Shown: in pieces, positions 28,384 to 37,250 of the stretch
Layout of the letters: every line of letters starts with the position of its first letter
Numbering within the stretch: the stretch's first letter is position 1
Notes under the pieces: generated by a model
The model's database searches: none
Told to the model about the DNA's origin: nothing
The model's input: only the letters and a program-made list of their open reading frames with translations
Position numbers and translations under genes: made by a program
Virus record (IMG/VR): IMGVR_UViG_3300045988_126112
Span: 128,001-192,000 of that record
From: a virus
DNA: 64,000 nucleotides
Reading direction: 5' to 3' (one strand)

Positions 28384-28984
28384 TATATGGTTTAGTGCAG
28401 ATTGGCATTTTTCTAAATGGAGCAGAAGAAAAGAAGAGTTGCAATATGACATAAAGAAAGATAGAGATATATTAAGAAAGTATGCATCATCTGTAGATAA
28501 AGATGATATCTTTATATTTCTAGGTGACCTTACTGAAGTAAGAGATGACAATCCTAGATTAGTAAAGAGATGCATTGAACAAATAAAAGAATTACCTGGA
28601 AATAAAATATTTATTAGAGGAAATAATGACCAAGAAAGTGATGACTATTATATTAATCATTTGGGATTTCTAGCTTGTTACGACAAGCTAGAAGTTGATA
28701 ACTTTGTATTTACACATGAACCAGTTCAAATCAATGAGGGGCAAATAAACATCCATGGACATATCCATGGGTGTAGAACTTATTGGTATTGCGATGCAAA
28801 AAATCATGTGGACACATATATAAAACTATTCAACAACTATCCAATTAAAATTGGTCCTTTATTATATAAAGGAAATTGTATTGATAAAGACTTAATAGAA
28901 GATGGATTAATGGTTGAAAAACTTAAATCATCTTTATTTGGATATGTAAATAGATTAAAGGAGATAGAAAAGGGTAATTTATAA
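28376..28984 (+). CDS. calcineurin-like metallophosphoesterase
   Basis: 202 aa. Motifs SADWHF (DxH), FLGDL (GD), RGNND (a variant of GNH[DE]), THEP and HGHIHG (GHxH). Confidence 0.8.
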   Translation: MNNIWFSADWHFSKWSRRKEELQYDIKKDRDILRKYASSVDKDDIFIFLGDLTEVRDDNPRLVKRCIEQIKELPGNKIFIRGNNDQESDDYYINHLGFLACYDKLEVDNFVFTHEPVQINEGQINIHGHIHGCRTYWYCDAKNHVDTYIKLFNNYPIKIGPLLYKGNCIDKDLIEDGLMVEKLKSSLFGYVNRLKEIEKGNL

Positions 28985-29012
28985 AAATCTGAAATGTATT
29001 CAAATGTATTAA

Positions 29013-29051
29013 AATAGCTAGGTTCGCCTAGCTATTTATTTTTTATTTTTT
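29013..29051 (+). terminator. intrinsic terminator
   Basis: Stem AATAGCTAGG/CCTAGCTATT with loop TTCG, followed by a long T-run. Confidence 0.85.
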
Positions 29052-29087
29052 AACATGTATATAATAAATATAAAAGGAGGAAATAGA

Positions 29088-29651
29088 ATGATAAACGATA
29101 TTCTTATAAAAAACAAACTAGATATCTTAACTGAAGCTGCATCAACTGAAGATTTTGCAGTTAATAGTACTCAAGATGATATGAATGCATCTGATTTAGA
29201 ATTTGCATTAGAAGATGGTGTTGCAACATTAGCTTATGATTTAACATATCCAGTACAATCAATTCCAGTAATAGAACAAGAAAGTGCATATGACAATGGA
29301 AAAATATATGTTGTTGAATATGATATGTTAGATAAATTAATGGAATCATATGATGTTGATGAAGTTGAAGCAATGCATATGCTATGTGAAGCTAATCAAA
29401 TAGATTATGATGATTTATATTTAGCTATAGAATCAACAGAATATTTCTTAGAAAAAATGGAAGAAATAGGTGGTTCTCAACTTAAAGGAAGAAAGACAAG
29501 AAATTTAGTTAAATCTATATCTGATCTAAAAGATAAAGGTATTAAGATGACTAAGAAACCATCTGGAAAGAAGAAAAAGAAAAAAGGTAAAAGAGGTATA
29601 GAAATTACTATAAAGACTGAAGGTAAAAAGAAAAAAAAGAAAAACTGCTAG
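29088..29651 (+). CDS. acidic protein with a polybasic C-terminal tail
   Basis: The track start at 29055 precedes the SD. ATG 29088 follows AAGGAGG. The C-terminus reads ..SGKKKKKKGKRGIEITIKTEGKKKKKKNC. Confidence 0.8.
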   Translation: MINDILIKNKLDILTEAASTEDFAVNSTQDDMNASDLEFALEDGVATLAYDLTYPVQSIPVIEQESAYDNGKIYVVEYDMLDKLMESYDVDEVEAMHMLCEANQIDYDDLYLAIESTEYFLEKMEEIGGSQLKGRKTRNLVKSISDLKDKGIKMTKKPSGKKKKKKGKRGIEITIKTEGKKKKKKNC

Positions 29652-29699
29652 GGATGAAAGATTAACTAGAGATAAACATTGGAAACTATAATATAATCA

Positions 29700-29708
29700 T
29701 ATATTATA
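29700..29708 (+). promoter_or_regulatory. promoter-like motif TATATTATA
   Basis: AATCATATATTATAA. First of two copies upstream of the RNase H gene. Confidence 0.4.
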
Positions 29709-29739
29709 ATCATGATGTAAATAAATATTATAATATAAC

Positions 29740-29748
29740 TATATTATA
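29740..29748 (+). promoter_or_regulatory. promoter-like motif TATATTATA
   Basis: ACTATATTATAA, 106 nt upstream of ATG 29855. Confidence 0.4.
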
Positions 29749-29795
29749 ATTGTATATTCATAATAAACCTTTTTAATAATTAATAACTTATTACT

Positions 29796-29838
29796 TTGGA
29801 CTATGGGTGAGGATCCATAGTCCAATAAACTCTTTTTT
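29796..29838 (+). promoter_or_regulatory. 11-bp hairpin plus T-run in the RNase H leader (attenuator or terminator-like)
   Basis: Stem TTGGACTATGG/CCATAGTCCAA (29796-29825) followed by TAAACTCTTTTTT. It lies between the promoter-like motifs and the SD. Confidence 0.5.
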
Positions 29839-29854
29839 GAAAGGTGGGGAACTT

Positions 29855-30523
29855 ATGAGAAGTTTATTTAATATAGGTACATTAAATATATTTACAGATG
29901 CATCAGTAAAAAGTAAAGCTGATGGAAATTATATATCTTGTTATGGTGCAGTATGTGTCATAACAAATCAAGATGGAAGTACGACAGTAATAGAAGAACA
30001 ATATGAAGTAATGGATAATGCCACAAATAATAGAGGAGAATTATGTGGTATATATTTAGGATTATTATTAGCTATTAAATATAGAAACCAATTTAATAGA
30101 ATAAACATCCTATCTGACTCACAATTTAGTATATTCAGTTTAACTAAATGGATATATGGATGGGTTAGAAATATAAAAGACAATATGTATATATCTAGTA
30201 GTGATGCAGAAGTAGCTAATCAAGATATGATTAAACTTATAATCAATACTGTATTACTTAATAATATACATGTAAACTTTTATCATCAAAAAGGTCATGC
30301 AAATACTAATAAGATGATAAAGAAAGCAAGACAAGTTTTTTATAATTCAAATGGAATCTGGTTAGATGACTTTGAATTAAAAAGTGTATGTTACTACAAT
30401 GATAGAGTAGACATATATACTGGATATAAGTTAAATGAAATACCAGTAGATTATAAAGTAGCAATAAATTATAATGCACAATTCAATGTGCAAAAATATA
30501 AAAACTTGATTAATAATGGGTAG
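29855..30523 (+). CDS. RNase H (RNase HI-like)
   Basis: The track start is GTG 29807. ATG 29855 follows GGTGGGGA. Motifs IFTDAS (Asp), NNRGELCG (Glu), ILSDSQ (Asp) and HQKGH. Confidence 0.75.
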   Translation: MRSLFNIGTLNIFTDASVKSKADGNYISCYGAVCVITNQDGSTTVIEEQYEVMDNATNNRGELCGIYLGLLLAIKYRNQFNRINILSDSQFSIFSLTKWIYGWVRNIKDNMYISSSDAEVANQDMIKLIINTVLLNNIHVNFYHQKGHANTNKMIKKARQVFYNSNGIWLDDFELKSVCYYNDRVDIYTGYKLNEIPVDYKVAINYNAQFNVQKYKNLINNG

Positions 30524-30594
30524 AGGATAGTTTTTAACTATCCTCTTAACATTTTTAATAAATTTATAATATAATAAACGGAGGTAATAAGATT

Positions 30595-31554
30595 ATGAAA
30601 AATGAAGTAATGCAAGGAAGAGAAATAAGAGATTTAGATTTTAAAGATTTCAAAAATGTGATAACACCAATATATAGAGATGGTGTTAAAGAAGTTCAAT
30701 CTATGAGTGTTCCAACATATACTTGCTGTGATAAATGTTGGAATGTTAGCAATCCTTCTATAGATAGAATAGCAGAAGGGGTAGAAGAATATGCAGATAT
30801 AGCAAAGAAACAAATAGTAATGACAGAAGTATTTAAAACTAGATTTTATACACTAATGAAAACAAATGTTGAATCATTATTTGCTTCATATTCAAATATG
30901 ATGGTAAATGATAAAAGACTTTTAGATTTAAATAATGAAATTGGTAAAGTAGATTTCTATCCTGCATCAACTTTTTCTAGAAACTTAGATAAAGTATTAG
31001 AAGATGAAAGTGGTAAAAATGATTTCATTAAAGAATTACTTTATAATTTTAGACCAGCTAATATATGTAATATCTTTTATGATAAAAGAGATAGTACAGG
31101 TTTACATGATTATGAAGTGTATAGAAACGCATTTGAAATAACAACTTATTTTACAACTGATCGTTCAATTGTATTTGATTTTACTAATTTATTTGCTACA
31201 TTCTTTATGACAACTGTTTTAGAATCAATGAAATTAGTAATAAATGAAAAAGAATTATATGATATATTCAATTCATATATAGTAGACTTATCTTCAGATT
31301 TATTTGATATCTTATCAATGATATTTATAACAATGTATGAAACAGCTCAAGAATATTTAAAATACACATCATATCTATGCCATACAATTGATGATAGAGA
31401 GTTAATGATAGAAATGGATGAAGAATATTCAAAAGCTCAAGCTGAAGCTATGGAAGAAAAAGATGATACAGATAATAGTAAAATTGTTGATGGTTTAAAT
31501 TCTATAATTAATGCAGCTACAGCTAAATTAGAAGCTTTAAAAAATAATAAATAG
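30595..31554 (+). CDS. hypothetical protein
   Basis: 319 aa. ACGGAGG RBS. Confidence 0.85.
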   Translation: MKNEVMQGREIRDLDFKDFKNVITPIYRDGVKEVQSMSVPTYTCCDKCWNVSNPSIDRIAEGVEEYADIAKKQIVMTEVFKTRFYTLMKTNVESLFASYSNMMVNDKRLLDLNNEIGKVDFYPASTFSRNLDKVLEDESGKNDFIKELLYNFRPANICNIFYDKRDSTGLHDYEVYRNAFEITTYFTTDRSIVFDFTNLFATFFMTTVLESMKLVINEKELYDIFNSYIVDLSSDLFDILSMIFITMYETAQEYLKYTSYLCHTIDDRELMIEMDEEYSKAQAEAMEEKDDTDNSKIVDGLNSIINAATAKLEALKNNK

Positions 31555-31566
31555 GGGGTAATTAAT

Positions 31567-31860
31567 ATGGAAGATACTAACATGAAAGATTTTGATGTAA
31601 AAGAAATGGAAGAAGACATAAATAATTTTTCAGATGATGAAAAATACTTATTTGATTGTCTTCAAGACTCTAGAAAGTTTAGAGAAAGAATTTATAAAAA
31701 GAGAAAAGAATTAGGGTTTAGTGAAAGAGAGTTAGCTAATAAAGCTGATGTAAAAGCTTTTGAAGTTAAAGCTGTTGAAGGTGGAAAATCAATAGCTATA
31801 CTTTCATTAGTAAAAATATTAAAATCATTAGATTTAGATATCAATAAAATATTTGAATAA
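31567..31860 (+). CDS. XRE-family helix-turn-helix protein
   Basis: 97 aa. KRKELGFSERELANKADVKAFEVKAVEGGKSIAILSLVKILKSLDL fits the HTH_XRE pattern. Confidence 0.7.
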   Translation: MEDTNMKDFDVKEMEEDINNFSDDEKYLFDCLQDSRKFRERIYKKRKELGFSERELANKADVKAFEVKAVEGGKSIAILSLVKILKSLDLDINKIFE

Positions 31861-31871
31861 TCATTAGAGAT

Positions 31872-31903
31872 AAACATGCGTTCATTCGCATGTTTATTTT
31901 TTT
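31872..31903 (+). terminator. intrinsic terminator
   Basis: Stem AAACATGCG/CGCATGTTT followed by ATTTTTTT. Confidence 0.8.
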
Positions 31904-31912
31904 ATATAATCA

Positions 31913-31921
31913 TATATTATA
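31913..31921 (+). promoter_or_regulatory. promoter-like motif TATATTATA
   Basis: AATCATATATTATAG, 35 nt upstream of ATG 31957 and immediately after a terminator. Confidence 0.5.
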
Positions 31922-31956
31922 GAAGTGAATGAATATACAAGGAGGTAGATATTATT

Positions 31957-32736
31957 ATGTATGAATATAATAATATGTGGGACCCTAATGTGGTAAATGC
32001 ATTAGGTTTGCAACAACAGCAACAACAATATTATCAACAACCACAATATTATCCCCAACAACAACAAGGGGGGATGATTAATACTGGATATGGATATAAT
32101 ATGTTTAACAATATGCCATATTATTCTGGTAATTATAATGTAAACAATCCATATTTAGTAGAACAACAAAGAAGACAACAATATGAAACACAACAACAAG
32201 AGATTAAAAAGAAAGACGAATTTATCTATAAATTAGATAATATTGCAAGACGTGCTTTAAATCAACCAGAGTATTTTGTTCCAACTGAAGAAGAGCAACG
32301 AGAAAGATTAACTCCAGAACAACAAATGGAACAATATGAAGAATATAGAATGAATGCAGATATAGCATATATTCAAGCAATAGACAATGAAAGACATAGA
32401 AGTGTAGACAAGTATGTGTTACATGCAAATTCAATAGCAAAAAATTTGGAGCAAGCAAAACAGGCACTTCCAGAAAACCCATCAGCATCTGATTGTCTTA
32501 AGAGAATGTCTGATCAATATATTCAAATGAAAGAACAAGAACAAAGAAGGAATGCATTTGCTAAGAATTATAATAGTAAAGGATATGGTCAACTTCTTCA
32601 AAGAGATGGAAGAAGTGGAAGTTATTTTGATGGTGTATTTGGTGGATTAGATAATACAATTAATTTCACTACACCAGATTCAGAGTTCTTAGAACATAAA
32701 AAGATGTTCTTAGAATTAATATCTAGACAATTATAA
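31957..32736 (+). CDS. protein with an N-terminal Q/N/Y-rich low-complexity (prion-like) region
   Basis: 259 aa. The N-terminus reads LGLQQQQQQYYQQPQYYPQQQQGGMINTGYGYNMFNNMPYYSGNYNVNNPY. Confidence 0.85.
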   Translation: MYEYNNMWDPNVVNALGLQQQQQQYYQQPQYYPQQQQGGMINTGYGYNMFNNMPYYSGNYNVNNPYLVEQQRRQQYETQQQEIKKKDEFIYKLDNIARRALNQPEYFVPTEEEQRERLTPEQQMEQYEEYRMNADIAYIQAIDNERHRSVDKYVLHANSIAKNLEQAKQALPENPSASDCLKRMSDQYIQMKEQEQRRNAFAKNYNSKGYGQLLQRDGRSGSYFDGVFGGLDNTINFTTPDSEFLEHKKMFLELISRQL

Positions 32737-32749
32737 GGGGTGTGATATC

Positions 32750-33604
32750 ATGAGTGCAATTTCTGATATATTATATACAAAGGAGCAAACTCCATTAGAA
32801 TTTCAATTTGATAATCTAATGGGTCCTCCTGTGTACTCTTTATTAACTAGAGAGGATGTATATCAATTAAATAAAATAGCAACAAGTTTAAAATATGCCT
32901 CAAATGTTAAGCTTAAATACAAAATGATGGATAGTATTATGGCTCAAAGAGGCTTTAGACATTTTGCTTGTGGAACTAATAGAAGAATTTATCGTCATTA
33001 TATGTATGATACTTTCTTATTTAAAGTAGCAATAGACAGAGTTGGATTAGAAGATAATCCAAATGAATTCAATAATCAAGAATTGTTAAAACCTTTTGTT
33101 GCTAAAATGTTTGATACTACACCATGTGGTACAGTATCTTCAGTAGAAAGGGTTATTCCAATATCAACTAGACAAGAGTTCATATCTGTAGCTTCTGATG
33201 TATTTGATATGGTTTGGAAGAAAATCATAGGTAAATATGTATTAGAAGATATAGGAGAAAAATGTTTTATGAATTATGGATTAAGAAGAGGATTTGGTCC
33301 TTGTCTTATAGATTATCCATATCTATTTGAAGTAGATTATGATAAGTTAGTTTGTCATAATGAAATAAATGGATATCCTTGTAATGGTCTTATAGATTAT
33401 GATATAGGATTTAATGTATTAAGATGTGAAAAATGTGGAAAAGAATATCCAGCTAGAAAACTTCAAAAAGCTATAAAAGAAAAGGAAGTGTTTATAGATG
33501 ATGAAGAATCATATATAACAGATAAATTAAGATTTAAGATAACAAATCAAAATGGTGATTTGATATTAGATAGGACTCAAGCTGAGTCTGAAATAATTCA
33601 ATAG
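32750..33604 (+). CDS. hypothetical protein; possible kinase-like fold plus a C-terminal zinc ribbon
   Basis: 284 aa. ACGTNRRIY..FLFKVAID, VLEDIGEKCFMNYG and CLIDYPY loosely resemble G-loop/Lys, catalytic-loop and (I/D)D(F/Y) motifs of APH/choline-kinase-type kinases. The zinc-ribbon-like part is CHNEINGYPC...CEKCG. Confidence 0.8.
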   Translation: MSAISDILYTKEQTPLEFQFDNLMGPPVYSLLTREDVYQLNKIATSLKYASNVKLKYKMMDSIMAQRGFRHFACGTNRRIYRHYMYDTFLFKVAIDRVGLEDNPNEFNNQELLKPFVAKMFDTTPCGTVSSVERVIPISTRQEFISVASDVFDMVWKKIIGKYVLEDIGEKCFMNYGLRRGFGPCLIDYPYLFEVDYDKLVCHNEINGYPCNGLIDYDIGFNVLRCEKCGKEYPARKLQKAIKEKEVFIDDEESYITDKLRFKITNQNGDLILDRTQAESEIIQ

Positions 33605-33615
33605 GAGGTTTTATT

Positions 33616-34353
33616 ATGAGAAAAATAAATAGAAATAAAGGAAATGTAATGAAGATAACTATAAGAAATGAATATGGATTACCAGTATATGAAAATAGTG
33701 GCACATTTATAGACAAAACAGAAAAACGTAAAGGTGGCACTTATAAGGAAATAAGTGGTAATATGAAAGTTATAGTTAAAGATAGTATGGGAAATGAAAT
33801 ATATCATAGTAAAGATAAACCTAAAAGAAAAAATAACAAAAAGAACGATTATAATCAATATAAAGAAGGTAATAAACGTAAAGAACAAGAAGCTGCAAAA
33901 TCTATAAAAGAAAATGCTAAAAGAGCTGAACAAGAGAAAATAGATAGAGAAGCTCAAGCTAGTAAACAAGCTGAAGAATTTTTCAAGAAAAAAGAACAAG
34001 AAGCTAAGAAAGTTCATCAACAAACTATAGAGCAAGTACAAACAATGCTAGATACTCAAGATAAAAAAGAAGAAAAACCAAAGAAAAAGAAAGTTAGAAA
34101 GTATACACCATATGCTGAAATGAAAAAGCTTCAAAAAGCTAAAGAAGAATTAAATATCGAATCAACATCTAGTAATAGGCTACCAGATGATGTAAATGAT
34201 ATTATAAAATCAGCAATAGGTAGTGAGCCACCTAAACCATTAATTGACGACGATAATTCAAAATATGAAGCAATGGCTGCTGAATATGGTTATGATGAAG
34301 ATGAAGGTGGTCGTCAAAAAATAAGAAAAACAAATAAAGGAGGAGAATATTAA
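33616..34353 (+). CDS. highly charged Lys/Glu-rich protein
   Basis: 245 aa. TAGGAGG RBS. Long K/E/Q-rich helical stretch. Confidence 0.85.
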   Translation: MRKINRNKGNVMKITIRNEYGLPVYENSGTFIDKTEKRKGGTYKEISGNMKVIVKDSMGNEIYHSKDKPKRKNNKKNDYNQYKEGNKRKEQEAAKSIKENAKRAEQEKIDREAQASKQAEEFFKKKEQEAKKVHQQTIEQVQTMLDTQDKKEEKPKKKKVRKYTPYAEMKKLQKAKEELNIESTSSNRLPDDVNDIIKSAIGSEPPKPLIDDDNSKYEAMAAEYGYDEDEGGRQKIRKTNKGGEY

Positions 34354-35111
34354 TGTTTGTAGATTTAAATTTAGTTGTAAATGAACAAGATTTATTCAAG
34401 TATCCTGATTCTATGGTTATATTCATAGGAGATTGTAGAAGTGCTGAATCTCAAAAACTTTTAAATATAACTAGAGGATTAGAAGGAATGGCATTTAATC
34501 CATCTATAGAAGCTAGTCAAGCATATATAGAAGGAGATGTAAATGATTTCATTAGATTGTATAGTGAATATCTAAAGCATGAACAAAATGTGAATAGTTA
34601 TCTATTAAGTATTGTTCAAGCAACAACAATACTTAAGAAATCAGTTGTTTTATATATAGACCAATCTTCTTATAATATGTATTATCAAATATTAGCAAAT
34701 TATATGAGATCATCATATGGTATAACTGTAGGTGATAGATTAAGAAATATTCCAGGTCAAGTAGATGACAATTATCTACCACAATTATATTATAATATGT
34801 ATCATGCTGGTGATTTATCAATTCAAGATTTTCTTCAAGTAAATAGAATGCCAGTAAATGATATGAGATTACAAGATGTACTTTTATATGCATATTTCAA
34901 TAATATAATAACAGCTGAAAGTTATTTAGTAAATATGTGTCTTCCAACATATCCAGATACTTTAGTCAACAAACTATTAAATGATTTAGGTCTTAATAAT
35001 ATTTTCACCAATGAACAAGGCTATATTCGTTTATTGAATATAGTAAAACAAGACATTATAAATAATGGTGGTCAATTCGTAAGAAGACCACATTATGATT
35101 TATCTTGTTAG
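34353..35111 (+). CDS. hypothetical protein
   Basis: 252 aa. Its ATG overlaps the previous TAA (TAATG). AAGGAGG RBS. Confidence 0.85.
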   Translation: MFVDLNLVVNEQDLFKYPDSMVIFIGDCRSAESQKLLNITRGLEGMAFNPSIEASQAYIEGDVNDFIRLYSEYLKHEQNVNSYLLSIVQATTILKKSVVLYIDQSSYNMYYQILANYMRSSYGITVGDRLRNIPGQVDDNYLPQLYYNMYHAGDLSIQDFLQVNRMPVNDMRLQDVLLYAYFNNIITAESYLVNMCLPTYPDTLVNKLLNDLGLNNIFTNEQGYIRLLNIVKQDIINNGGQFVRRPHYDLSC

Positions 35112-35140
35112 CATTTAGTAGAGTTTTACCAATAAGAGAA

Positions 35141-35551
35141 ATGGAGGTATATAATTTAACTTCATTATATGAAGGATTTCCATTAGTTAGATTAGTACCT
35201 CCATTTGATATTATTGATAATGGTGGAAATAATTTTGATATAAATTATTTAATGTGGTTAATGAACGATCCAGTAGCATCTAAAGATTTCTTTAATATTA
35301 TATTTAAAGTATCTATAGGTGTAGATGTTTGTATACTAATAGTTGATGATGAAAGATTCGATATGATACATGAATCAATACAAAAATTAATATCTCAAAG
35401 ATATGGTATTGTATCGAATGTAATAAATGATATGGAAGATTGGGATGAAGTAACTGAAATAGGTCCAAGAACTCCAGCTCATGTTTATAATCTTGATTAT
35501 GATATGAATATGAATTGGGGTAAATTGGATAAATCAATGAATACATTATAA
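35141..35551 (+). CDS. hypothetical protein (start uncertain: ATG 35141 or TTG 35105)
   Basis: The track ORF is 35105-35551. The first ATG is at 35141. There is no strong SD before either candidate start. Confidence 0.7.
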   Translation: MEVYNLTSLYEGFPLVRLVPPFDIIDNGGNNFDINYLMWLMNDPVASKDFFNIIFKVSIGVDVCILIVDDERFDMIHESIQKLISQRYGIVSNVINDMEDWDEVTEIGPRTPAHVYNLDYDMNMNWGKLDKSMNTL

Positions 35552-35579
35552 AGAGGTCTAATGACCTCTTTATTTTTTT
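35550..35579 (+). terminator. intrinsic terminator
   Basis: Stem AAAGAGGTC/GACCTCTTT followed by ATTTTTTT. Confidence 0.8.
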
Positions 35580-35590
35580 AGGAGGTTATT

Positions 35591-36370
35591 ATGATACAAA
35601 AAACAAACTTTACAAAAGATATATCATTTCTAATAAATAGAAATATATATGAATACGATATTAGTAAAGCTAATATCAATATTCTATTACATGCAAATGT
35701 GATAGATAATAAAACGTATACTAGATTATATAATGCTAGTAGAGAAGAAAGGCAAAAAGAAGTTGGTATAATGATATTGAAAGATAGTAATATCTATAAT
35801 ATCATAAATACTAATATAAAGAATATGAGAAATAAATTGATGGAAGTTAATAATATATATGATGATGATATATTGTCAGCTAAGAATGATGCATTATTTA
35901 TAATAGATAAGAAACCAAAGATAACTAAATTCGATAATATAGAATTTGTATTAAAGAATGTATATACATCTTTTTATAAAATTGATTCTTTAGAGTTGTA
36001 TTATTTCTGTGATACTGCGAATGGAATTGAAAAATTAGATGTAAAAGGAATAGCAGATAATGCATTAGTAAAACATAATGAATACTTGTTAGATTTCTTT
36101 AAAGCACTATTTGAAACTATACAATATAATATTAATGATGCTGTAATAATGCTTAGACAGTTTTATACAGATTATATTAATAATAGATTAGATGTAGGAT
36201 ATTATAGAAATTTTGACAGTAGTTCAATGTATACTTTAAATGTATATAATAATATATACAATTCAATATCTCCACCATCAAGTATTGAATATATAAATAA
36301 AGATTACAATTTAAATATACTTAGAGATATGTGGCAAATTGTTTCTCATATAGTTTTAAATAAAAAGTAG
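35591..36370 (+). CDS. hypothetical protein
   Basis: 259 aa. TAGGAGG RBS. Confidence 0.85.
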   Translation: MIQKTNFTKDISFLINRNIYEYDISKANINILLHANVIDNKTYTRLYNASREERQKEVGIMILKDSNIYNIINTNIKNMRNKLMEVNNIYDDDILSAKNDALFIIDKKPKITKFDNIEFVLKNVYTSFYKIDSLELYYFCDTANGIEKLDVKGIADNALVKHNEYLLDFFKALFETIQYNINDAVIMLRQFYTDYINNRLDVGYYRNFDSSSMYTLNVYNNIYNSISPPSSIEYINKDYNLNILRDMWQIVSHIVLNKK

Positions 36371-36403
36371 TAAGGGTTATTTCACCTTACTACTTTATTT
36401 TTT
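36367..36403. terminator. bidirectional terminator between convergent genes
   Basis: Stem GTAGTAAGG/CCTTACTAC plus a T-run. It overlaps the stop codons of both flanking genes. Confidence 0.65.
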
Positions 36404-36822
36404 GGAAAATCATCTCTAATTCTATTATTCTCTGCAACATACAAAGATACTAGTAGATATACTTTTTCAGCTATAATATCACTTATGGAATCTGGGTCAT
36501 AATATAAAGCAATATTATTCATAATAGATATAGATATCCTATCGGATATTTTATCAATTACTTCATGTAATATTTTCTTTTCATATTCTCTATTTATATA
36601 ATCTTGTTTATGTTCAAGATACATTATTCTATAACTTTCAAATTCTGAAGTTATAAGAGTATCCATTAAATTATTCACGCTTTCTAAAGATTTAACTTCT
36701 GGTAGTCTTATTAAATCTTGTCTTATCTTTCTTTTTATATCCATCAAAATAGTTATTATAAAAAATACTAATACTATTAAAGATATTAAAAATAATATTT
36801 CAACACAGTTTTTAACAATCAT
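36382..36822 (-). CDS. membrane protein (N-terminal TM), lone antisense gene
   Basis: 146 aa. TM helix EILFLISLIVLVFFIITILM. GGAGG lies 9 nt upstream. Confidence 0.8.
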   Translation of the reverse strand: MIVKNCVEILFLISLIVLVFFIITILMDIKRKIRQDLIRLPEVKSLESVNNLMDTLITSEFESYRIMYLEHKQDYINREYEKKILHEVIDKISDRISISIMNNIALYYDPDSISDIIAEKVYLLVSLYVAENNRIRDDFPKNKVVR

Positions 36823-36855
36823 TGTTAGTTCCTCCTTTAATAATTATTATAGTTA

Positions 36856-36864
36856 TATATTATA
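36856..36864 (+). promoter_or_regulatory. promoter-like motif TATATTATA
   Basis: GTTATATATTATAG, 62 nt upstream of ATG 36927. Confidence 0.45.
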
Positions 36865-36926
36865 GTAATGTGAAAGAAATATAATTTAAATATTTCTTAA
36901 ACATATAAAAATAAGGAGGTAGAGTT

Positions 36927-37247
36927 ATGTTAAAAGACAACAAAAAGAAAAGATATCTTGTAAGTTTTGTAGGAGTATTTACAAGTGAACAATTTCAAAC
37001 TCCTATAATAAAAGAGTATCTTGATGTTGTAGAAGCAACAGGAAAGAAGAAAGCTGAAAAGATAATAAGAAAAAGACAACCTGAATATGAAAGATGGTCA
37101 GAAGGAGATAATAGATTAAAACGTCTATTAAATCTAGAACACGATGAAAGATTATTGACTAAGGTAATTAAAGAATTAAAACCTGGTGAATCTTTAGAAG
37201 ATTACGAAGGTAAAAATTATGTAAATCAAATATTAGGAGGTATGTAA
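36927..37247 (+). CDS. hypothetical protein
   Basis: 106 aa. AAGGAGG RBS. Confidence 0.85.
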   Translation: MLKDNKKKRYLVSFVGVFTSEQFQTPIIKEYLDVVEATGKKKAEKIIRKRQPEYERWSEGDNRLKRLLNLEHDERLLTKVIKELKPGESLEDYEGKNYVNQILGGM

Positions 37248-37250
37248 TAT

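Noticed and set aside
29565-29648. Programmed ribosomal frameshift at the poly-A tracts of the 29088-29651 gene
   Set aside because: There is no extended alternative-frame ORF downstream of either tract, and the gene ends a few codons later. I note it only as slippage-prone.
31567-31860. A lysogeny module (XRE repressor plus BRO antirepressors) implying a temperate phage or prophage
   Set aside because: No integrase, excisionase or att-like repeats are in the window. HTH and BRO genes are also common in virulent large phages, so I leave the lifestyle unassigned.
13459-35546. Antisense ORFs nested inside larger genes (for example 13459-13683, 15799-15984, 17875-18066, 21085-21501, 22063-22329, 25100-25300, 27768-27968, 29161-29373, 29968-30183, 32222-32488, 33679-34041, 34633-34893, 35313-35546, and similar ones further on)
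   Set aside because: All are opposite a longer ORF that has an SD and recognisable motifs. Their translations are low-complexity and lack an RBS.
35591-36370. Family A DNA polymerase palm fragment (YEYDISKANINILLH versus motif A DYSQIELR.LAH; SAKNDALFI versus motif C HDE)
   Set aside because: Only two short and imperfect motif resemblances are present. The inter-motif spacing is far too short, there is no convincing motif B, and the neighbouring ORFs show no exonuclease or thumb motifs. This is insufficient for a call.
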